64,000 nucleotides of DNA from positions 372,001 to 436,000 of the forward strand of contig JAHLTZ010000003.1 of assembly GCA_025786725.1 (NCBI GenBank). Direction: 5' to 3'. The DNA is from Syncephalis fuscata S228 (lineage: Eukaryota; Fungi; Zoopagomycota). Numbering within the stretch: the stretch's first letter is position 1; every line of letters begins with the position of its first letter. Positions 53,158-64,000 of the stretch are shown here, piece by piece. The notes under the pieces were generated by a model that was given only the letters and a program-made list of their open reading frames with translations, did no database searches and had not been told where the DNA came from. A program made the translations under genes and the position numbers.

Positions 53158-56100
53158 ATGGATCCAATCGACTCGTCTACCGCCCAGGCTGGTGCAGACA
53201 GCGAGGTGACAACGGTCAGCAATGATGTCAACTCTGCTACCACGACTACTCCCGCGACAACAATGCCAGCATCGGAAACAACTATAACTACAGTGGCCGG
53301 CAATACTGATTCAACGATGAGCACGGCAGCTGAAGAGACGACAACTAACACTGAGCCACGGCCTTCAAGTCTAATAGGCACGGAACGCTCTGCGCAGATA
53401 GAGGCTCGCCTTGCCAAAGATCCATACGACACTGATGCTTGGCAAATGCTGCTATCTGAAGCGCAAAACGCCGGTACCGAGGAGCAAACTCGTGATGCAT
53501 TTGATCGCTTTTTGGAACAATTTCCAACATCGGTAAGTTTTATTATGTGTGCTAGCTGGCTAGCTACATCAAATGCTAATCCACAATAATTACCAGGGCC
53601 GTCATTGGGCATTATATGTCGAGTTTGAGCTGCGTAATCGACGTACCGATCTTGCAGAAGCTATTTTTGCACGCTCTTTGCGCGAAGTGCTTTCAGTCGA
53701 CTTGTGGAAATCTTATTTAGCCTATGTGCGACACAACAATGAACACGGTGGCGAAGAAGGCCGCAGCATTGTTATTAAAGCATATGAGACTGCTTTGCAG
53801 TATATTGGTGTAGATAAAGACGCCGGCAATATTTGGAACGATTATATTGCTTTTATTAAAGCAGGAGAGGTAAATAAAATGCTTATTCATGGTTTATCAA
53901 TACTTATTCATTCAACGACTACAGACAAGCTCCACCTATGAAGAACAGCAAAAGATGGATGCCATGCGCCGTGCATACAGACGTGTGATTGCAATCCCTG
54001 TTACAAATATTGAGTCACTTTGGCGTGACTATGATGCATTTGAAAATAATTTGAGTCGCATGACGGTAATGCATATAATTGATATTGGAATAGTTTGCTA
54101 ACTATCTAGTATATAGGCAAAAAAGTTTCTTGCTGAACAATCGCCAATTTATATGACGGCACGAACAGCAGCTCGAGAGCTTAAACAAATGTCTGAATCA
54201 TTACAACGCAGTGCACTACCATGTCCACCACGTTGGACCGAGAAAGAAATGAATCAGGTATATCTAACAAATACTGCACTACAAACATGCACACACACAC
54301 ACATATATATATATTAATACAAGACTTTAGATGACAGCATGGCGTCGCTACTTGGACTGGGAAAAGTCGGATCCGTTAAAGATTGAGGACACAGCCACAC
54401 GCTATGCACGTATTAGTTTTGCCTACAAACAAGCTATGATGACTTTGCGATTCTATCCAGAAATATGGTTTGTTACCATAGGCTATTTGATAGCAGCATT
54501 TACTAACCACCCACCCATTAACTAGGTTCCAAGCAGCGTTATTTGCAATTGATAATCATCGAAATGAAGAGGCTATTCATATTCTTAAAACTGCCATTGA
54601 TATCATGCCCAGTAGTTTTCTAATGCATTTTACTTTGGCAGAGATTTATGAAGAGAAGAAACAAATTACCGAAGCCCGTGCACTTTATGAGGCATTTATA
54701 GAGCATTTATCTGCAGATATTGCAAAAATGAACGAATCAATGATAGCAGAAATAAAGGCATTTGAAGCAGCAGCAAGTGATACTGCTTCAGAAATGGCTG
54801 CTGCACTTACTGCAACCGATGGATTTGGTGAGACAGACGGCGAGGAACGAGAGGAGGCACGTCGAATAGTTCGAGAACAGGAAAAAGCCAAAGAAGAAAT
54901 AAAACAACGTTGGCAAAAGCGTATAGATGAAGCAAAGCGCGGCTACACTCTAGCAGCCATTATGATGATGCGTTTTGTACGACGAGCTGAGGCAAGTATA
55001 TATTAAACACAATATAACTAAAATAATTAATCATACAATATAATCTAAAGGGTATCAAGGTAGCCCGTCAAGTATTTAGTAGAACACGTAAATCACCCTA
55101 TATCACCTATCATTTATTTGTAGCTTCAGGTAAATAGATTGGATTAAATTAAACAACAATAAGCATAGCAATATCATTTATTTATATATATTATAATATT
55201 TATTAGCATTAATGGAATATTATTGCAGTAAAGAAGCCGGAATTGCTGGTCGAGTATTTGAACTAGGATTGAAGTCTTTTAATGATCCTGATTACATACG
55301 GGAATATCTCGACTATCTTATTCGTACCAACGACAATAATAGTAAGTGTTGTTTTAATTCTATTACATACGATGAACCAACCATTAACCTTTAATGTAGA
55401 TGCACGTGCTTTATTCGAACGCACCATTAATACAATGCCCGTGGAACGAGCTCAAGATGTTTGGAGACTATTCCTCGACTATACTTGTGATTATGGCGAA
55501 CTAACAAGTGCCAAAGAAGTAGAGCAGCGTTATTTGACCGCCTATCCTAATGGTAACTATAATACTATACGATAGTAATATGCTATAATGCCATAATAAC
55601 ATAATGATAATCATTCTAGCTACCGCATTTGATGTATTTGGAAAGCGATACACATTTATGGACTTGACTTATACCATATCTGAGACAGGTGGTAAGCATT
55701 TGCAGTATATTTATATTCGATTACAAACCATATGATGATAGTCAATAATTACTCTGGATCATCGAGTGCCCATGCCAATACCGCATTGGGCGGTGCTGGA
55801 CAATCAACAGATAGAAGTAGTGGTGTTGGTGGGGTAGCTGGTACTGGGACCGGCATAGGTACAACATCTCGTTCAGTCATTATGTCTCATGGTGCCGGTA
55901 CTGGTGGTACTGGTGGAGGTATTGGTGTTAGCGGAGGAGGTGAAATTGAAAATGTTCTATTACAACCTGTCAATCGAGATAAATATCCACGACCTGATTT
56001 TAAACAATGGGAAACTTATCGCGCACCATTAATACCTGTTATGCCATCTAATCCCAATCATCCATTTAATAGTGGTGTATCAGGTCCTGGTGGACATCAT

Positions 56101-57089
56101 CGACCATCTAATACCACTGGTGGAACAGCCACAAATGCTTCAAACGTTACTAGTAGCGGTGTTGCTAGTAATAGTGCTATTAATATGGTATCGGCAACAT
56201 TACCATCACACGCCACAGGCACCGGCAGTCCATTGACAGTAGCCGCAGCATCGGCCACTGGAGGGGCAGCATCTACAGTAGCATCACACGGTGTTGTTAG
56301 TGGTGGCCATCCTTATCATACACATCATACACACCCACGTCAATTTGGATGGGGAGGCAATACACCATTACCTGATGCTATTATGAATCTATTACAAACA
56401 CTACCACCGGCTATACACTATAATGGTAAGTTATTATCTAATAAATCTATATGTTTATTTAATTAACTAATTGTTTAATAGGTCCTAAAATAAGTGTAGG
56501 GGAAGTATTAACGCTATTAAACGCAGCTAGTCTACCATCTAGTGCAGCATCAGTCACTGGACACGATACAATGCCTACCGAACATTATAATCCATCGGCA
56601 CCCTCTTCATCTTCAGGTCTATGGTCTAATCAAAACACCGGCCATATGAGTAATGGTGGTGGTGGTGGTCATCGACCATTATTCTCAGGACATCATTCTA
56701 TGGTAAGTTGTAATATAATAGAATAACATTAGACAGCAATAATAACTATAACAATCAATAGGAACCACATGGTCGAGGTGTCAATACAGCCAACACACAT
56801 TATCATCCCTCTGTCCCATCATCGTCTACTATTCAGACACAACAACAACAACAACAACAGCCACCACAAGTACAACAACAACAACAACAGCAGCAGCAGC
56901 AATCATCACGTTATCCACCCCCTATGGATCGACGCCGTGACTATGACCATGGTCCAGGCAAGTCATTGTAATAATTTATGTCAAAACACTAACATTATAT
57001 ATATAGGTGGCTATCGAGGACCAGGTAGTGGAGGATCACATCCACATCATAATCGACCCATGAAACGATACCGTGAAAACGAATACTAA
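53158..57089 (+). CDS. RNA14: Rna14/CstF-77 HAT-repeat 3'-end processing factor
   Basis: DPYDTDAW, FPTSGRHW, SVDLWKSYL, WRRYLDWEKSDPL, FAYKQAMMTLRFYPEIW, RRAEGI, ALMEYYCSKE..RVFELGLK and YPRPD. Confidence 0.93.
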
Positions 57090-57254
57090 TTCTTTTGTTA
57101 TAGCATTATAAAATATAATTAAAAAGTAGGAAAGAAAATAAATGATTATTTCTAGTTTTTTTTATTTAAATCATGCCTATAAGATACTGTCAAGAGTGAA
57201 AGAGAGAGAGTGTGTGTGTGTGTGTACTTTTATGGGAATAGATTCATTTAAAGA

Positions 57255-60200
57255 TTATGTACCATAAGTAGGAGCATAGAAAGAGGCAGGTAATTGTTGT
57301 AGAATATGATGAAGTGGTCTCTCCACCACCATCATTTGATGATGTCCCACCATCGATACATTCAATAAAGGTTGATAACGTAATACGATAGCTAATGGAT
57401 TAGATTTAGATTTAGATGAATTGGTATTAGTAGACACTATTTCCATATCAGATATTAATGAGTTATCCTCTGATACATTCTCTTCTTCTTCCTTTTGTTG
57501 TTGACGACGACGTTTAACCACGACAACTGATGCACGTCCCTTATGTTTTCCATTCTTTTTAGTAATATGATCGTTATTAACCATCGTTATATCTTGTGAT
57601 GTACTTCTATCGTCCATATAGACTCTACCAATAAATTGATTACCCCATAGAATAATAAGATTTGGATCTTGTGGATCAAACAATACACCTAAAATATGAT
57701 CCCTTGAATGACGGAATGCTTTGGGTAGTTGCGACAGTATTGATGTTGATGAAGGTGTATCAGTACTCTGTGTACTGTTGCCTGTTAAGAGTCGTTGTGA
57801 TTCCACATCATAGATATGCACTTCATGATTGGCCAGAGTAATGAATAGACGACGGGCATCTGGATGGAATGTCAAATGAGTGTGCACTGACATAAATACA
57901 GGTAAAATGCCATGGTACTATATCCGTTATATTATATTAATGTCAACACTATTACCAATAGATGCCACTTACTTTAAGGGTATCCAAGTGATAAATATGA
58001 ATATGATTAGACACATCACCAATCACTGCCCATTGTCCATCAGAACTGACGATTAATGATCGAATAGTGACATGTTGATTATTGTTGTTACTATGTTTAG
58101 TAGTCTTTGGTGTAGGTAGTGGTTTAATAGTTAGGGGGAACTGATGTGATGACCATTGAGTTAAATCAACTACGGCCAATTCATAATCAGGTGTGGCCAC
58201 TAGTAATTTACTATTATCTGGACTGAACACTAATTGATGGGCACCTCTTGATACTTCATTCCATGTTGATGGTAGACGCATTTTTTTAGCAATCCATCGA
58301 TCATTAATAGTAGGCTATATTACACAATCATTAGTATTTACTCTTTATGAGTATTCGTGACTTACATGTGGTAGAATGCGGAATAGTTTTACTTGTTCAA
58401 GTGTGGCCACAGCCATCCATTGGCCATCTTGAGAAAGAGAACTGGCTATTAAATTCTCCATATCCTAGTAATAGATTATTTGTTAGTATTCTATTCTATA
58501 TACTAATAATTGTATAGTCATTCTTACCTGTAACTGGATTTCTAATAGCAATCGATAGGATTCTTTAAGAAAGAGTGGATCACCAAGTGCATGGTTACTA
58601 TTGGCATTGCTGCCTTTATCTACTGCAGCTGATACATCCACAGGTGCACGCTGTCCTAGCTGCCATAATCGTACACTATGATCAAACCGTGATAGTAGCC
58701 ATTGTCGTTCAGTCGATACATCGACAAGTGGGGTCATTGGATTAAGTGGCAAGTATTGTTTACGATCAGTAGAGAATGAACTATGTCGACAAACTACCAA
58801 TTGAACGCCAATACCGCCTGATACAACTGAATTGATAGACGGAAGAGTGGATACATCAAGGCCACGTACATCATGTGAATGGGGTCGATTAGATGAAGCC
58901 AGGATCCATTTTGTAGAGGATTCATTATTGGATGATTCACGACGTGTATCTTGACGTGTATTGACACGTGTATATTGATTGATTTTACGATCCACACCCG
59001 ATGAATAAATAACACCATTCTATTAATAGACATTCATTAGTAATCATTTAATATGAATACATGGCTTAACGTACCTCTGCTGCTGCTAGACAAAGTACAT
59101 CAGCTTTGTGATAATCTAATAGAAACTTGACAGTGCCCATTTCACTATTCCATAATTGTACTCGTCCTAACGAATCACCACTGACAATGGTATCATCCCT
59201 ATAAATAGTACAATCGATTGAGTATTAATTAGTATAAATACTGATATCGTCTATATAGTATTAATAGTATATACACTTACTCTAACATTAGTACAGCCCA
59301 GACCATAGTTTGTACTTTGCCCTCTTTGCCTACAGTCATACGTAAAGATATTCTGCCTATTTTCATATTAATTACTATCAACTACTTATTTATTAATAAA
59401 GATACTTACCAGTAGAAATATCCCATTTACGAATAGCACTATCGGCTGATCCTGTAACAAGATAGCGACCATCTTTGCTCCAGGCCATTGAAAGAATACG
59501 AGCTATTATTTATTATTTAGCTGATTAATTAATGGTTGTTCTATTAAATAAGCTGGTATATTGTACCTTTTGTAGGTTCGAAACTACGTAGATAAGCAAA
59601 TTCACCATCAGCAATATCAAATAGACGAACACAGCCATCTTCACAGCCAGCAGCTAGTATAGTTTGTTGCGGATTAACTGCAATACACCATACAGCACCA
59701 CCCATAGAGTCCAAACGGGCCTATTTAATTGGTTAGTAAATATTTACAACTATTAAACTATTTATTTCACTAATGATATTTACCTTGGGCCGTAGAGTAT
59801 CAAGGTCCCATTCTGTTACTAAAGCATTAAGACCGGCTGAGAATAGACGAGGTGGTGTACGTATAAGCTGCTTCTTTTGCTCGGCTATATCTTCTGGTGC
59901 GTCTGCTTCATCTTCAACTGGTATCACTTGATGTGCCCATGCTAGTGTTTCTAGCGCTTCATTAGCACCACCAGGAATTGTCTATTGTAAAAGTAAAAGT
60001 AAAAGTATAAAATATCAGTAAAGTTGCCATAGAGAATAGAGGTTAAAGCATATAGATAGATAGATAGATGGATAGTATATAAAAGAGAGTTACTCGTGTT
60101 TACCTTAGTAATAGCCAGCGGCTAGCCGGATCCCAGATCTCAATATCGCCATTGGCCCGACCACACGCCAAATAGACGCGTCGGTAGGTAGACGGCGAGA

Positions 60201-60261
60201 ATATTACTGCACTAATGGCAGCTGGCGTGTAATTCACGAATCTACACCGATGCAACTCCAT
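57255..60261 (-). CDS. UTP4: Utp4/Cirhin WD40 SSU processome subunit
   Basis: MELHRCRFVNYTPAAISA, GRANGDIEIWD, RLFSAGLNA, AAGCEDGCVRLF, VSGDSLG, HSHDVR and C-terminal MVVERP..YGT. Confidence 0.9.
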
Positions 60262-60535
60262 GACACAATAGCAACAATAAATAACTACGGTGTTAAAATA
60301 TTGTACGTTAATACGAAAGAAGTTGAAGGTGGAGAATGTTTTTTCTTTTTTTTTCTTTTTATGATTTCGTTTTTATCATATCGCACACTTGTCTATTTCA
60401 GTGTATTAATACGTAATATGACAGCAATTAAATTTACTTTTACATAATTACATAATTAACTATTAGTTGATTATTTATTAACTCAAATAAAGGAAAGATG
60501 TGAATAGACGCAGTAGAGTGTATTATTGGCAAAAA

Positions 60536-62802
60536 TTAAAATAGATTCAATGCAAGTCCTAAAGAAGATAGTAGTCCATTGGTTGGTTTAGCGGCCAGTG
60601 TGTCTGCATCTGTATCTGTACTAGTGCCGACACTGCTTGCTAAAGTATCTACTATCTCGTTTTTGCTTTCATTTTTTATATTATTTGGTGAATCGAGTCC
60701 AGGAATAAGCGTATCAACTGTGTTACTTAGTGTTTTGCCTGCATCATTAATAGTATCCCCTACAATGGGCATATTCTTTGTAACATCTTCGACAATAGTT
60801 AGTGTTTCTTTTGTCACATCACCTAGTAGTTTTACAGGGGCGAGTAAATCGCCCGAACGTATACGCTCTACTAAACTGGATGGCGATAGATAACCAGTGA
60901 GCTGATTGACATCATTGATAACACGTCGTAGTTTGGCTTCTTCCTTGCGTACACGGTTCGCCGAAAGCTTATTCATCTTGATCCACCAGTCAGGTAACGG
61001 TCGTGGCTGTCGAAGACCAACTAGATTATCGCGATCGGTGGCTTGAATGTTTATTTGTTTTTTTGTATTGCTTGCTTTTTGATTAGCAATAGCTGTTAAT
61101 TGGTCGATTGATAATAAATGACTATCCATTAGTGCAGTGCCACTGTTGTTAGTACTGTTACTATTATTATTATTATAAGCAGCAGTAGCAGCAGCAGTAT
61201 CAGATGGTGTTGAGCGACGTACAAGTCGCACTTCATCCAATTCGGCTAATAAATCATCGTCATTTTCTACATCATCGGTCTCGGCTGTATTCCTGCTTTC
61301 AAATGGCTGGCGATTACTAGGGAAAAAGTCATTGTCATTTCGCTGGTCGTTAGAACGGCGGTTCGTATTTTCTTCATTGTGATTATTATTCATATTTGGT
61401 TCGTCCCAAAAGTCTAGACTTTCTGGTATTGATCGGCTAGAGAAGTTGCGGATTGGTCCACGCGGTCTATTAAACATAGAGCGCATATTTGATCGTGGCG
61501 GTCTTTCTGACATTATTGATTCGTTGGGCATGGTCAAACTTGGTGGCAGAGATCGTTCAAAGTTGCCTACACGCGGGCTAGAGAGGCGGCCACCTGGTGT
61601 TGGACGACCAGGAACCCAAGTGCCGGGAAGTACGGGCCGTCTACCTGAACGAAGCGATGGCGGAAGCGGTACGCTGTTTCTTGAACCGTGCATCGAGTCA
61701 TTTGGCGAAAAGCGGAATGGCGGTGTTGAAGTGCCCGACGAGGAACGTGGCGTTGTAATAATGCCAAGTAATCGTCGTCGAGCCGAAGCAATCGAGTCAT
61801 CGTAACTGCCAGTGTCATAATTGTAGCACAATACGCGATGATTTAATACGGCTCGTACAGGTAGACCCCAAGGTGACATTCGATCATTGGGCAATGCCTC
61901 ACGATCATTGTCATCGTCGTGGCCGCCATACATAGCCAATCGGACTTCTGGACGAGCAATTTGCCAATCGGCCCACATCTTATCCATAAAAGAATGGTGT
62001 ACCCAAAACAGTGGACTATTATGGTGTTAGCTTAGAAATAAGGTGTTGCTGTTCATTGCGACTTACTCATTTGGGCTTGTCATGCTGCCCATATCGCCGC
62101 CAATGCCCATGTGGACAACGCCATGGGGTGGTCCTTCCATTGAGTTCCAGAATCCTTCAAACGTATTCTCATCCTGTTGAATGCTTAACAATGCTTCGGG
62201 GGCATAAAGTGCAGCAATATCGGCCTTTTCGTTAAATGATCGCTGTAAGCAGCGACGTTCTGGCACAAATACCGACCAGTTGGCAAATCGGCCATTGGAT
62301 ACACAATTGTCATCGCCTTCGCCGTTACCACCGTACATTTCATCACTGAAAATAGGTGACTGTTCTGGTGATTGTGAATCAAGTGACCAATCCTATACAA
62401 ATATGATATTATTGTTATTATTGCTATTGGTTATGTAACAAAGCATTTTCTTACCCAATAAGGAAGTGAAACGCTAGAATCCACTCTTTGTAGAGCAAGT
62501 TCAAAATCACGAATAAATTTACGATGCCATGGCAGAAAACTTGGGACGCCATGGGCAATATCCGTGTTGTCTAAGTGTACCTGTACAAAACGGTCATAGA
62601 TCGATAGATCGCCATCTCGACGACGTTTTAGCTCAAGAACCGCGTTGAAAAATCGATCCTGGTCACCACGAGATAGCTTGCGAATCTCTCGTCGAATACT
62701 AGGACGCATACACGTTTGCGCGTCGACTTGTGACGAAATGATTGTGGCCATCAGTAGGCACACGGACGCAAGTCGTCCAAACCACTGCAAATCACTCAGC
62801 AT
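60536..62802 (-). CDS. Secreted tyrosinase paralogue 4 (2 introns; long Pro/Arg/Asn-rich linker)
   Basis: Signal peptide, IRREIR, HGVPSFLPWHR, PYW|DW, HGVVHMGIGG and SPN|..LFWVHHSFMDKMW. Confidence 0.92.
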
Positions 62803-64000
62803 GTTGGTATGCTTATTTCTAATCCGTTCTACAAAATTGTCACAGGACTGCTTTACAATGCTTTACAAATACCCCGGCTGGGCTCCGCAAGTTTTTACCG
62901 GTAATTTAATACGTGTATTCGCACAAGTAGCTGTAATGTAATGGCTGGATAAAGGATTCCCTACAAGCTAAACGAGTGTTGCGAAATGCTAAAATGGAAA
63001 TGCAATGATATTCTTGTGTGCTCGAGTAGTAGAATGACGAGCAGTTGCTCATTTGAACAAAAATGATCAGTGCTTTCGGTAGGGGATGAAGGGGCTGCAT
63101 GTCTACGCGGCAGGTGCACGATACAGTGAGCGTCATAGATTCTACGTGTACTGGGGTTTTTATCGCTAATGGATATCGGTAGTAGTTTTACTCTGTGAAA
63201 ATGCTCAACTATTTGTTCTTTCAGGGGCTGATACGGCTAAAAAGGAGAAGCCACCAATTTATTATAGATTAACGTAATCCGACAGTGTTTAAGGACGCGA
63301 TAAACAAACAAACTAAGGAGAAAGGAGAAGATTTGAAAAAAGGAGCACGATCTCCTGGAAACATTGGATATAAACCGACTAAATATAACTCGCTCCGACA
63401 GATAATACATCTGTTATATTTAAACGTGTATATTTGAATTACAGAACTTGATACGATCGGGCCATCGCCACCATCAGTATGATTACCAACACATAAATCC
63501 AATTTAATATTTTATAATACTTAATCGAATACCAAAAAAAAAATTATTTAATGATGATGGTAAAAATGCATTACTTATAAATAAAATGGTTTCCATAACT
63601 AAATTACATTTTTATAATTATTTTCTTTAAAATTGTAACTAGTAGCCGATATATTTAATGATACATAATTATGAAGCATAATTTAATGTAAATAGATTTA
63701 CATTAAATTAGTTGGTAATAAAGTTTAGTATTGATGTACACAGCCTGTGGCTATAACTACTGGCTATATGTACAATTAAAATGGCACCAGTAAACAGTTT
63801 CAACGCAGTGTCGATCATACTCTACTATCGTTTATGCATACTGGTGATCTTTCCGTTGACCAAGTCTTTTTGTATAATAAACTGGACCATTCACATGGTA
63901 AATCCCAAACACCGCAACTGAAACTTTATAATATACCATCCGCGTGTTGTATATCATTAGGCATTGAAGGGGCAGCATGATGCACGTGAATGCATTTAAT

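Noticed and set aside
53007-53612. 201-aa minus-strand ORF and similar antisense ORFs (27594, 28475, 60579, 61446)
   Set aside because: Shadows of well-supported genes on the opposite strand.
21379-57089. Functional clustering of CLP1 and RNA14 (both CF IA subunits)
   Set aside because: They are 30 kb apart with unrelated genes between; no evidence beyond coincidence.

Overview
AT-rich, intron-rich eukaryotic DNA from an early-diverging fungus; the gene content resembles Zoopagomycota (e.g. Syncephalis), which is an inference. Housekeeping genes: MCD4/PIG-N, SNF5-like, MMS19, CLP1, EIPR1/TSSC1, RNA14/CstF77 and UTP4. Secreted or accessory genes: a broken M36 fungalysin, a tandemly duplicated orphan secreted protein, four secreted tyrosinase paralogues and a fasciclin protein. 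Transposon debris: a LINE zf-RVT fragment and two copies of a decayed Fanzor/TnpB-like C-terminus. The standout is invisible in the ORF track: a three-member family of micro-exon genes (359-1021 -, 23773-24870 -, 33305-35886 +). In each, a signal-peptide/Kex2 exon is followed by an ~80-bp periodic array of paralogous introns separating exons of only 3 nt (occasionally 6 nt). Manual splicing of the 33.3-35.9 kb copy (32 exons, 31 phase-1 introns) gives an open 64-aa precursor whose mature part is a 6-cysteine peptide, GLEECWACMDECTTIYTTAECRKNNYCAKQCRK. U12-type (AT-AC) and several GC-AG introns are also present. Many genes carry 1-bp indels, suggesting assembly errors. All gene models were read by hand; internal exon boundaries of the long genes are approximate.
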